The position numbers were made by a program, and so were the translations under genes. From a virus (taxonomy: Duplodnaviria > Caudoviricetes), in IMG/VR virus record IMGVR_UViG_3300031857_000149, positions 792 through 64,791 of that record: DNA of 64,000 nt; one strand, given 5' to 3'. The notes under the pieces are model-generated. The model did not search any database, was not told the origin of the DNA, and saw only the letters and a list, made by a program, of their open reading frames with translations. This document shows, piece after piece, positions 1 to 8,389 of this stretch. Numbering within the stretch: the first letter of the stretch is position 1; every line of letters starts with the position of its first letter.

Positions 1-188
1 GAGTTTACCATAGGAAATTTAGTAATAGTACCTTCTGGTCTTCCCAAAAAACTGTGAGCAAGAAAACTAATATTATCTTTACCAAGAGTTGTAGATGGAT
101 AATAATTCCACGTAAAATCTCCAGATAATATAATTTGCTTTATTTCTTGATAAAATTTAGTTTTTGGATTTTTTAATTTATTAATCAC
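1..188 (-). CDS. partial hypothetical protein (runs off window; MINKLKNPKTKFYQEIKQIILSGDFTWNYY...)
   Basis: Manual translation: GTG at 188 overlaps the TGA of the upstream ORF; frame open to the window edge. Confidence 0.65.
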   Translation of the reverse strand, partial: MINKLKNPKTKFYQEIKQIILSGDFTWNYYPSTTLGKDNISFLAHSFLGRPEGTITKFPMVN

Positions 189-376
189 TCTAGGTCCTCG
201 GTTAATTCAAATTCTTCAAATTGATCAGAAGATACTTCATGTTGCCCATCAATAAGATACCAATGATGTCCAGCACGTTCACCAAGATACTTCATCTGGT
301 CTTCTGCAAATATATTCTCTCTCATTGCTGCTTGAATCTTATAATGAATCAATTCTTCTTTACTTGGCACTTTCAT
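185..376 (-). CDS. hypothetical protein, 63 aa
   Basis: ORF with ATGA overlap to gp44 stop; same strand as all neighbours. Confidence 0.75.
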   Translation of the reverse strand: MKVPSKEELIHYKIQAAMRENIFAEDQMKYLGERAGHHWYLIDGQHEVSSDQFEEFELTEDLE

Positions 377-1314
377 TTGAATTCACACTCCACCATAATT
401 TCCGTCAAACAGGCAAGAAGATTAATCTCTTGGTCGGCAACAAAAGCAGACTGGTATTGATACTTTGCCACAATCAAGACCGCAGCGGCAATAGAAGGAC
501 CATCAAGAACCTCATACAAAGAATCATAGATGCGACGCAAAATAAGATTAATGTCATTATCCAAGTTGGCAACAACCCACTTACGAACTTCGGCAAAGTT
601 CTTTTCTTTTAGGTTCTTATTCAGTTCATTTACAGAGATGTCCGAGAAAGATGCAAGAATTCCAGAGTCGATTTCTCCTCCAACCGAATATCGCTGACAT
701 TCGTTGGTGACTCTTCGGAAATCTGGGAAGTGCTTGTTAATGAGTTCTGCAAGGACTTTCGGATCATATCGGACGCCCTCCGCATCCAAGATGTTTTGTA
801 GACGCTTGAAGAAGAGTCCCGCCAACTGGATTTTTTCCTTCCCTTTGATGGCAAATTCGATGACGGCACATCGGGAGTGGAGGGGTTCGATAATCTTGTT
901 CTTGTAGTTGCAGGTAAAGATGAATCGGCAATTACCAGCAAATTCCTCAATAAACGCCCTAAGGAGGAGTTGTACGTCATTCCCCGTGTTATCTGCCTCG
1001 TCAATGATAATGACTTTGTGTTTAGCATCTGACGAAAGTGAGACGGTCGAAGCGAAGTTTTTCGCATTGTTTCGGACAGTATCGAGGAATCTACCCTCGT
1101 CGGATCCGTTGATGACATAACAATCTACTCCCAATTCATTACACAATGCCTTTGCCACGGTGGTTTTTCCTACACCAGCAGGACCACACAGAAGCAAGTT
1201 GGGCAATTCGCCACTATTTAGAAAATCCTGAAACGACTTTTTAGTTTGTTCAGGAAGAATACAATCTTCAATTGTTTTGGGGCGATATTTTTCGCACCAC
1301 AGAAAATCACTCAT
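373..1314 (-). CDS. gp44: DNA polymerase clamp loader large subunit (T4 gp44-like)
   Basis: WCEKYRP N-terminus, Walker A GPAGVGKT, Walker B IIDEAD, SRC motif; downstream of gp45. Confidence 0.97.
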   Translation of the reverse strand: MSDFLWCEKYRPKTIEDCILPEQTKKSFQDFLNSGELPNLLLCGPAGVGKTTVAKALCNELGVDCYVINGSDEGRFLDTVRNNAKNFASTVSLSSDAKHKVIIIDEADNTGNDVQLLLRAFIEEFAGNCRFIFTCNYKNKIIEPLHSRCAVIEFAIKGKEKIQLAGLFFKRLQNILDAEGVRYDPKVLAELINKHFPDFRRVTNECQRYSVGGEIDSGILASFSDISVNELNKNLKEKNFAEVRKWVVANLDNDINLILRRIYDSLYEVLDGPSIAAAVLIVAKYQYQSAFVADQEINLLACLTEIMVECEFK

Positions 1315-1320
1315 AATCAA

Positions 1321-1830
1321 TCAAATCCATTCAGGTTTTCGTTGTGGCATACGGAGATAATTATTGCTAACCCAAGGTTTGGATGCAATATACATCTTGT
1401 AAGCAGTAAAAGTGTCAATGCTTGTGTCAAATTTATATTCATCAGGCATAGCACGGGCAAATGGTGTCACATTAGTAATCTTTCCCTTTGGAAACAAATA
1501 GTATGCATCCAGAAGGGTATTATAGCACGAATGGGTCTTACCATATCGCAAAGTATATTCATCACAAAGATTCATACCCCACTTAATCAACCAGTAGGCA
1601 TTATCAATGGTCTTTGCCGCCCATTGAGTGCAGGGATGATTACGGAAGGCACCTTTCTCTGTACTGTAAGGAGTTCCATCTGACTTTGGAAGAGTACCAT
1701 AGTTATGATACCACTTAGAAGCAACAATAGAAAGCATTTGACAGCATTCAAGTGGCATTTTTACTATATGTTTGTCGGGAAGAACAATCGCAGATTCTGC
1801 AGGAAATTCATTTGTGACAAAGATATTCAT
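1321..1830 (-). CDS. pyrimidine-dimer DNA glycosylase / endonuclease V (DenV)-family-like protein
   Basis: MNIF...DKHIVKMPLE..QMLS and NHPCTQW motifs resemble this phage/bacterial family. Confidence 0.7.
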   Translation of the reverse strand: MNIFVTNEFPAESAIVLPDKHIVKMPLECCQMLSIVASKWYHNYGTLPKSDGTPYSTEKGAFRNHPCTQWAAKTIDNAYWLIKWGMNLCDEYTLRYGKTHSCYNTLLDAYYLFPKGKITNVTPFARAMPDEYKFDTSIDTFTAYKMYIASKPWVSNNYLRMPQRKPEWI

Positions 1831-1832
1831 AA

Positions 1833-2240
1833 TTAAAAGCAGTATTTTTTAAGATGATAAAGAACTTCTTCGGGTTTATCTTCCAGATAATATGCTTCTG
1901 TCTCATAAACAGCATAAGAACCGGTTGCTTTTACTGAATTCATAACATCAGTCAATTTGTATTGATCCAAAGAAGCCGATACACCTAGTTTACCACGCTT
2001 ACACGCTTGAGCAACGTGAACTGCCTCGTGATAGACAGTTTCATTAACATAGTGTTTAACGGGACTAATGGTGTTCTTAATATTATCCAGACAAATTACA
2101 AAATCCGGAGATTTGAGAACACCAAAGAATTGTTTATTCCTACAAATAGGAGCATTTTCTCTAACATTATAATTTTTTAGCATAATTTTGCTAATAATTT
2201 CCTGACCAGCAGGAGTCAAATAGAGTAGAAATTCCATCAT
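1833..2240 (-). CDS. hypothetical protein with HExxH (HEAVH) zincin-like motif
   Basis: ETVYHEAVHVAQ plus downstream ExEAY; ATG at 2240 overlaps the gp45 stop. Confidence 0.7.
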   Translation of the reverse strand: MMEFLLYLTPAGQEIISKIMLKNYNVRENAPICRNKQFFGVLKSPDFVICLDNIKNTISPVKHYVNETVYHEAVHVAQACKRGKLGVSASLDQYKLTDVMNSVKATGSYAVYETEAYYLEDKPEEVLYHLKKYCF

Positions 2241-2926
2241 CCAAAAGTCGAATCGGGTTCCAGAGCAATATAATAGCAAAGATTAAATTTGCTGTTAGTG
2301 AATTGTGACAGAAGTTTAGAAGAAACTACCACATCATAGGCACCAGAGACAATCTTACTGATGTTCTCAACCTTAAAGTTGAAAGTGAATTGCTCATTAG
2401 TTTCACCAACGATGATGGAGTATTCATTAGAAGTATCATTCTTCTTATCACGAACCACCAGACGAATCACGCCAGCATCACCAATTGCAGAAATATCGGG
2501 CAATTGATAGACCGCTGCTGCTTTCACCAGTTTCTCCAGAGAACCGGTTTCAAGTTGGAAACACACGTCTTCAGAAGGCAGTTTGATTTCTTTCTCAGGA
2601 GGAGAAATAATCACATTTGGGTCGGCATAGAAATACTTCACCCGCCGCTTACCTTCACGAATAGTAATATAAGAATCCTCGGTAAAATCAAGATCAGGGT
2701 CCTGATGCAGACTCAGACCATTCAGAAACTGGTTCAAGTCGTAAATTGCAAAATTACGGGGGAACTCTTCACTAATCTCCGCTTCTGCCAGAATGTTCTT
2801 GGCAATAGAGATTGTGCGAAGTTTATTACCTTGCTTGACAAGAATAGACTGATTAATACCAGCAAAGTTCTTGAGAAGAGTCAGGGTATTATCAGAGAGT
2901 TTCATAGTGTTTTCTTTCAATTTCAT
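2237..2926 (-). CDS. gp45: DNA polymerase sliding clamp (T4 gp45-like)
   Basis: MKLSDNTLTLLKNFAGIN.S, FAIYDLNQFL, YYIALEPDS motifs; start could be 2926 or 2905. Confidence 0.95.
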   Translation of the reverse strand: MKLKENTMKLSDNTLTLLKNFAGINQSILVKQGNKLRTISIAKNILAEAEISEEFPRNFAIYDLNQFLNGLSLHQDPDLDFTEDSYITIREGKRRVKYFYADPNVIISPPEKEIKLPSEDVCFQLETGSLEKLVKAAAVYQLPDISAIGDAGVIRLVVRDKKNDTSNEYSIIVGETNEQFTFNFKVENISKIVSGAYDVVVSSKLLSQFTNSKFNLCYYIALEPDSTFG

Positions 2927-2931
2927 AATAA

Positions 2932-3309
2932 TCAACGGGTGAATTCGGAGAGTCCATTGTCTTTGCGAGTATAATGCCCGTCAAAGTGAAGCAGTAGCAT
3001 AGCATAGTGAATGACTTTCATCAAGTCACGCTTGTTACGCCCATCCTTATCACCATAACGGGAACCGTACTTCAGGATGTTTGCCTGACAGAAACCTGCT
3101 GCCAGTTTCTTTGCTGCCATCAGGTCAATGGTCTGGATATCGGCATAACCATCACTATCACCACAATAATGCCCGTGATAGGTAGTGGTCACATAATCCT
3201 CAACATCTTTCAGGATTTTATCTTCGTTGTATTTCCAAAGATGATTTTTTGATTCACTCATAGTAATTTTGTATTCAACTAGGTTTTGTTCGTCTTCAGG
3301 TCCAAACAT
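2932..3309 (-). CDS. conserved phage protein (DUF3310/SaV-like)
   Basis: HY...F..NILKY..RYG.K.G...DL.K..HY pattern; true start may be 3261. Confidence 0.6.
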   Translation of the reverse strand: MFGPEDEQNLVEYKITMSESKNHLWKYNEDKILKDVEDYVTTTYHGHYCGDSDGYADIQTIDLMAAKKLAAGFCQANILKYGSRYGDKDGRNKRDLMKVIHYAMLLLHFDGHYTRKDNGLSEFTR

Positions 3310-3340
3310 AAAGGGGGAAAGTCATAATTAACCTCCCCCA

Positions 3341-3369
3341 ATTATATCAGATTGTGGGGTTCAAGTCAA
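3341..3369 (-). promoter_or_regulatory. sigma70-type promoter
   Basis: TTGACT-17 nt-TATAAT with TG extension on the minus strand, overlapping the 3' end of the AAA gene. Confidence 0.8.
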
Positions 3370-4480
3370 CCTCAATCGTCAATTCAGAGTTTTCGGTAGG
3401 CATCTCAAAGTCAGCATCAATCTTGTCATAGAGTTCAAGAAATGCGGTTTTGGTTTCTTCATCAAAACGGTTGATGCAAACCTGAATTGCCTTTGCCTTA
3501 TCACCGAAGATGCTGTAGGCACGGATGATATGAACCAGGCGGCGAGTGGAGATGATTTCCTCAATACCACCATCATAGAAGGTCTTACGAATCACATCAC
3601 CCCAGTCGGCAAGTCGCTTGCAGAAATCATCAATCTCGGTAAGACCCAGCGATGCTGCGATGCCCTGAAGGATGCGAATCTCCGTAGCGGCGGCAGGATA
3701 AGGTTGCTCAAAAGTCACGCAGAAACGCTCCAGGAACGCTTCGTTGAGGACGTTGGTGCCGATGAAGCGACCATCATCAGAACCCTTACCCTTGGTGTTT
3801 GCGGTGGCAATCACGTTGAATCCAGAGGCAGGTTTCACGAAACGACCAATCTTTTTCAGGAAGACACCTTTACCTTCAAGGATGGATTGTAGGCACAGGA
3901 TTTTATTGGAAGCAAGATCCACTTCATCGAGAAGCAACACGGCACCACGCTCAAGTGCCTCAATCACAGGTCCGTTGTGCCATACCGTCTCACCATTCAC
4001 AAGACGGAAACCACCAATTAGATCATCTTCATCAGTCTCAATAGTAATATTGACGCGGATCAGTTCTCGCTTGAGTTGCGAACACGCTTGCTCAACACTG
4101 AACGTTTTACCGTTACCCGAAAGACCCGTAATGAACGTAGGGTAAAAGAGACGGGACTGAATAATCTTTTTGATATCGTTAAAATTACCAAACTTGACGA
4201 AGGTATCATCTTTTTCGGGAATAAGGTTCTGTTCTACGGCAGGAAGGGCAGCAGGAGCTTGATATGCCTGCTCCATCTTACCAACAACGGTAGGAGTCAC
4301 TTCAAGATTCCAACGACCACGAGAAACTTTGTAACCCTCAAGTTTGGAAGACACGGTTTGGTAGTTTGCCCCGTTGGATGCACACCATCCACGAATGTCG
4401 GCAGAAGTAACTTCGGTGCCAAAGAGTGCCTTGAGGGAAGTAACGATGTAGTCAGTTGTCACGGAATTTTTGCGAGACAT
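3347..4480 (-). CDS. cobS: MoxR/CobS-like AAA+ ATPase
   Basis: Walker A GLSGNGKT, Walker B LLLDEVD, ATANTKG, NEAFLERF, STRRL; typical of T4-like cyanophages. Confidence 0.9.
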   Translation of the reverse strand: MSRKNSVTTDYIVTSLKALFGTEVTSADIRGWCASNGANYQTVSSKLEGYKVSRGRWNLEVTPTVVGKMEQAYQAPAALPAVEQNLIPEKDDTFVKFGNFNDIKKIIQSRLFYPTFITGLSGNGKTFSVEQACSQLKRELIRVNITIETDEDDLIGGFRLVNGETVWHNGPVIEALERGAVLLLDEVDLASNKILCLQSILEGKGVFLKKIGRFVKPASGFNVIATANTKGKGSDDGRFIGTNVLNEAFLERFCVTFEQPYPAAATEIRILQGIAASLGLTEIDDFCKRLADWGDVIRKTFYDGGIEEIISTRRLVHIIRAYSIFGDKAKAIQVCINRFDEETKTAFLELYDKIDADFEMPTENSELTIEVDLNPTI

Positions 4481-4513
4481 AATCTAGTTAGGTGGTTTTG
4501 TTTAACTGAAGTA

Positions 4514-4570
4514 ATTATAGCAATAAAAAAGGGGGCAGTGGTGCCCCCTGTGACGGTTTGGAAAGTGGTT
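4514..4570 (-). promoter_or_regulatory. palindrome + terminator-like hairpin + -10 promoter (copy A)
   Basis: AACCACTT-TCCA-AACCGTCAC, then GGGGGCA-CCAC-TGCCCCC-T6, then TGCTATAAT. Confidence 0.75.
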
Positions 4571-5230
4571 TTATCCGTTCTCACCCATTGCCGCTTGCTT
4601 ACGGAGTTTTTTAGGATTCTTTGTTACAGTTCCAGGACCCTCTGTATGTCCACGCATATTTTCGACAGAAGCTTCTCTTTTTTCATCTCTTGTTTCCTGG
4701 TCTAAAACACCTCTACCACCAGGATAACGTGGTCTAGAAGATTTACCTTCATTTACAATACTCTCTCTCCACTCTTCACCCATATTTGCCATAATTGCTT
4801 CTGCTGCTTCTGGAGTTTCAGCATATCCTTCATCAAGAAGGTGTGAGAGGATGATGTCGTAAAGGTCATACTCATAACTATCACGAATACCTTGTCTATC
4901 ACTTCTGGTTAGACGATTTCCAAATGCTTTTTTCTTATTTTTATTTGCTGCTGATTTCGCTTGTACTTTTTTTGAATCAAAAGAATTTATAGCGGTTTTT
5001 ATCTTTTTAGATCTTCCTTTGTTCTTTTCATCGTCACGATGGCGGACCCCAGGATTAGGTTGCAATGATGACACCGCTTTTGTCAGCGCCTTTCCTCTTG
5101 GAGATAGCTTTGGTCTACCCAAAGAATCCTTTCTATCTTTGGTAAAATCTACATATGCCTCATCAAGTTGCTGATTTTCAACAACTTCCAAATATGCTTC
5201 TTGGAGATTGCGAAGTTCTTTTGAATTCAT
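4571..5230 (-). CDS. hypothetical late protein, probable internal head protein (paralog of 7718..8218)
   Basis: CATAAATA upstream; shares ..L.EAY..V and D..D.IL..L..EG.A.T.EAA..IMANM.EEWR.SIV with 7718..8218. Confidence 0.75.
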   Translation of the reverse strand: MNSKELRNLQEAYLEVVENQQLDEAYVDFTKDRKDSLGRPKLSPRGKALTKAVSSLQPNPGVRHRDDEKNKGRSKKIKTAINSFDSKKVQAKSAANKNKKKAFGNRLTRSDRQGIRDSYEYDLYDIILSHLLDEGYAETPEAAEAIMANMGEEWRESIVNEGKSSRPRYPGGRGVLDQETRDEKREASVENMRGHTEGPGTVTKNPKKLRKQAAMGENG

Positions 5231-5249
5231 CTTACAACTACTTTTTAGT

Positions 5250-5257
5250 TATTTATG
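5250..5257 (-). promoter_or_regulatory. T4-type late promoter (1 mismatch)
   Basis: CATAAATA about 20 nt upstream of the ATG at 5230. Confidence 0.7.
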
Positions 5258-5444
5258 AAACCATTTTGTTTTTCAAGGTCGCAAAATATTCATCGCTGGC
5301 AATTTTGGCAGTATAACCAGGATAATACTTTTCTACCAGATATGGTACGCCATAAAGTCCAATTTGCCCATTCCCATTCCAATTAATCCAAACAATTTTT
5401 TGAATACAATCAACAACGTGTTCGTATGGAAATTTAGTTTTCAT
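5253..5444 (-). CDS. hypothetical protein, 63 aa
   Basis: ATG ORF filling the gap between neighbours. Confidence 0.7.
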   Translation of the reverse strand: MKTKFPYEHVVDCIQKIVWINWNGNGQIGLYGVPYLVEKYYPGYTAKIASDEYFATLKNKMVS

Positions 5445-5450
5445 AATAAA

Positions 5451-7634
5451 TCAAGCAACTAATTGAATAAACTCGCCAAGAATTTTCTTATTCATTTTTT
5501 TAGAACTCAAAGACTTGACAAATGCGGTTTTAATTTGTGCCTTTGAGGCATCTTCGGCAACCTTGAACTCTGTATCACTATTGAGAGCAGAGGAAGAAAG
5601 ACCGAAATAAGTATGATATCCAGAGGAGGTGATGGCAAAACTACGTTCTTTCTTCCAACGGGTCATCACTTTATCGTAAGTGCCATCAGTATATCCAGTG
5701 TAGTTACGAATAAAATGCCCCGCATCACGAGATTCAAGAATACGCATTCCAATAAAATTCACACTGGGGAAATTATCACGAAGATTCCGAAGAAGAAGGT
5801 CGGTGAATTCGCTGACACTATTCCAATTCTTTTCAGAAAACTTATAGACATTTCCAGTCTTACGATCCCGCAAATAAGAATTATCAGTCACATAATTACA
5901 TCCCAAATAAGACTCTCCATTATCCCAATTACGTTTGATTTCACGATAGTACTTCAAGGGAGCAGCTTCACCATCAGTTAAAACAACACACTGAACTTTC
6001 TGCAGTTTGTTCTCACTTTGGAATTTGGGGAGGATTTGATGTAAGGCAACCAGAGCCTCATTCAAAGGAGTGCCAGAAAGAGACATCCTGTGAGGAGCTT
6101 GATAGGAACAATAGTAACCACCATTATTAGAGCGGTCGTGATATTTGACAACCCGATAGATGTTCTTGAGTTGAGTATCAAGAACAGAACTTTTCACTTT
6201 ACTGGTAAGAATATTCATCAATCCAAAAGAATAATCAATTGCCAGTTCATTTTCTTTACGAGGAGTATGTTCCTTGGGAGTACTGATTACTTTACCATCA
6301 CTATCATAGGAAGACCTGTAGTTCCAATCATTCGTAAAGGCATAAACCTCAAAAGGAATATTCACCTTATTGCAGAACCAGATAAGATTATAAAGTTGCT
6401 TGACCGTATCCATAAGAACATTATTCATAGAACCAGACCAGTCAAGAACGAAAACCAGACCGTGATTTTTACCATTGGCAAATGTGGTGACTTTCTTGAA
6501 CAAATCCTCCTGATACTTATAGGTATGAAGTTTGGTGCAGTCCAGAACACCAGTCTTTGAGACAGATGCACGGGCATAGGAATCTGCTGCCTTGCGGCAT
6601 TCAAATTCTTTTACCAGATAATTTACTTCCTTTTGTGCCGAACGCTTGAAATTCACATAATCAGTATCGACATTTGCGAAAATGTCGGCATTGTCCTGCA
6701 CATAAATTTGATTTTGCCAAGTTTCCTTACAGGTTTCGTGAATAATTTGATTCGAAATAATCACGGAATCCATATTCAGTTTGGGAAGTTCAAGATAATT
6801 AGTTTCTTGAATGTTGTTATTCACCAGTTCCTTCAGGCTTTCCTCAAGAGAACTCATAGTCTTCACATCCGGATCGGCGTGTTCTCCACCAGTCTGTTGA
6901 ATATTTTGGTTGTCAAACTTTTCACCTTGAGTTTGTTGTTCGGACCCAGAAGTTTGTTGCTTATCCTCACCACCTTCACCATCCTCTTCGGGAAAAAGTT
7001 CTTGCTGTTCTTCGGTTTTATCTCCAGCACCAGATCCAGGAGACTGTTCGTGATTATCAATACTGGGAAGTTGAATGGTTTCTTCCTGCTTTTGAGTGCA
7101 GTATTCATAAAGAACCTTGGCAGCATCCAGAGTTTCAGTAAAAGTCTCTGCCTTACCAATCATATCTACGATTTCCTGTTCCCTCTTAGTGAATTCAAGA
7201 GTCAAGAAATTACCAATCTTAAAGTAAAGATTTACACGGTCGGCAAGATTATAGGTTGAAAGGTCATCATCACCAACCTGAAAGAAATCATCTTCCTGAA
7301 GTTCCCGATAGGCACCATAGAAGGTCTTTGCCAGACCCGCATAACGACGCTTCATCAGTTTCTCCACACGGGCATCCTCACACACATTCACAAACTGTGG
7401 AGGAACCTGAACCTGCTCCGTCCAGTCTTCATCGGGAGTGTAGAGGGCGTGAGAGACTTCGTGAGCAACCAACATATCATAAACTCCACTGCTTGCCTTC
7501 TGCCACATAGGAAGCGTCAGGACCCGTGTATGAACGTTAAAGCAGGCAGTCTCAACTTTCTTGTGTTCCACAATCAGGTCTTCCGTTGCCAGAAGACGGG
7601 CGAGCATACCTTTTACTTCAAAATTTACGGTCAT
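5451..7634 (-). CDS. CobT-like protein: N-terminal HExxH domain, acidic linker, C-terminal VWA domain
   Basis: HEVSH...N..ED.R.E; MIDAS DWSGSM, GTPL, VLTDGE; near the MoxR ATPase. Confidence 0.85.
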   Translation of the reverse strand: MTVNFEVKGMLARLLATEDLIVEHKKVETACFNVHTRVLTLPMWQKASSGVYDMLVAHEVSHALYTPDEDWTEQVQVPPQFVNVCEDARVEKLMKRRYAGLAKTFYGAYRELQEDDFFQVGDDDLSTYNLADRVNLYFKIGNFLTLEFTKREQEIVDMIGKAETFTETLDAAKVLYEYCTQKQEETIQLPSIDNHEQSPGSGAGDKTEEQQELFPEEDGEGGEDKQQTSGSEQQTQGEKFDNQNIQQTGGEHADPDVKTMSSLEESLKELVNNNIQETNYLELPKLNMDSVIISNQIIHETCKETWQNQIYVQDNADIFANVDTDYVNFKRSAQKEVNYLVKEFECRKAADSYARASVSKTGVLDCTKLHTYKYQEDLFKKVTTFANGKNHGLVFVLDWSGSMNNVLMDTVKQLYNLIWFCNKVNIPFEVYAFTNDWNYRSSYDSDGKVISTPKEHTPRKENELAIDYSFGLMNILTSKVKSSVLDTQLKNIYRVVKYHDRSNNGGYYCSYQAPHRMSLSGTPLNEALVALHQILPKFQSENKLQKVQCVVLTDGEAAPLKYYREIKRNWDNGESYLGCNYVTDNSYLRDRKTGNVYKFSEKNWNSVSEFTDLLLRNLRDNFPSVNFIGMRILESRDAGHFIRNYTGYTDGTYDKVMTRWKKERSFAITSSGYHTYFGLSSSALNSDTEFKVAEDASKAQIKTAFVKSLSSKKMNKKILGEFIQLVA

Positions 7635-7659
7635 CGGAGTTCGTTTGTCTTATGAACGT

Positions 7660-7716
7660 ATTATACAAAAAAAGAGGGTGGTGAAACCCTCTTGTGTGCC
7701 AGTTTTGGAAGTGGTT
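7660..7716 (-). promoter_or_regulatory. palindrome + terminator-like hairpin + -10 promoter (copy B)
   Basis: AACCACTT-CCAA-AACTGGCAC, then AAGAGGGT-TTCACC-ACCCTCTT-T5, then TATAAT. Confidence 0.75.
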
Positions 7717-7717
7717 C

Positions 7718-8218
7718 TTAACGTCCCTGCTTTTTCATAAAGGCGGCAAAAGCGGGTGAATTGATTCCTGTATGTGGATCTTCCATTGCTTTTTGCTTTT
7801 TACTCTTTGCTTTTCTTTGTCTCTCCTCATAATCTTCAGGATTATTGCGAGCCTCTTGTGCTTCAACAATACTCTGTCTCCACTCTTCGCTCATATTTGC
7901 CATAATCTTAAGTGCCGCTTCATTTGTATCGGCAAAACCTTCGGCAACTAGGTATTCTAGGATGGTGTCAAAGAGGTCGGTCTCTTCTTTACGATATCCA
8001 CCACTTGTCGCTGTTGGAGTTCCTCTTCCACTACCAACAGGAGCAATAACATTAGAAACTGCTTTCCCAACAGGATTCGTTTTCATAAAATTAGCACCTT
8101 TATCAAGAGCACCTTTTACGGCACCTTGAATATTTTCATCAAGTTGCTCTACTTCTTCTTGAACCTGATGAACCTGCTGATAAGCCTCATAGAGATCTCT
8201 AACTTCTTGTTCTCTCAT
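7718..8218 (-). CDS. hypothetical late protein, probable internal head protein (paralog of 4571..5230)
   Basis: TATAAATA upstream; shared motifs with 4571..5230. Confidence 0.75.
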   Translation of the reverse strand: MREQEVRDLYEAYQQVHQVQEEVEQLDENIQGAVKGALDKGANFMKTNPVGKAVSNVIAPVGSGRGTPTATSGGYRKEETDLFDTILEYLVAEGFADTNEAALKIMANMSEEWRQSIVEAQEARNNPEDYEERQRKAKSKKQKAMEDPHTGINSPAFAAFMKKQGR

Positions 8219-8237
8219 TTTTCCAAAACTTTTTAAT

Positions 8238-8245
8238 TATTTATA
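8238..8245 (-). promoter_or_regulatory. T4-type late promoter
   Basis: Exact TATAAATA about 20 nt upstream of the ATG at 8218. Confidence 0.85.
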
Positions 8246-8378
8246 AAAAAGAAGCGTCCCCGTGAAGGAGACGCTTCTTGAGTGCCTGCCGACGTGCCTT
8301 TGCCTGTCGGAGTGCCTGTGGTTTGAGTTTTCGTTTCTGCTCCTTTTTGGAGTGGTGATGCCTGTTAGGTACTTGCAT
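8241..8378 (-). CDS. small basic protein, 45 aa (MQVPNRHHHSKKEQKRKLKPQALRQAKARRQALKKRLLHGDASFL)
   Basis: Manual translation; AGGA Shine-Dalgarno just upstream; fills the gap after gp46; below the ORF-track cutoff. Confidence 0.65.
   Translation of the reverse strand: MQVPNRHHHSKKEQKRKLKPQALRQAKARRQALKKRLLHGDASFL
8245..8279 (-). terminator. intrinsic terminator
   Basis: AAGAAGCGTC...GACGCTTCTT stem followed by a T-run. Confidence 0.75.
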
Positions 8379-8389
8379 TTTCCTTTTGC

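Noticed and set aside
3347-4480. Cobalamin biosynthesis role for cobS
   Set aside because: No cobN or other cob genes in the window; a generic MoxR-VWA function is more parsimonious
7696-7716. TGGCAC as a sigma54 -24 element
   Set aside because: No TTGC at the -12 position, the site is palindromic, and it is paired with TATAAT 30 nt away
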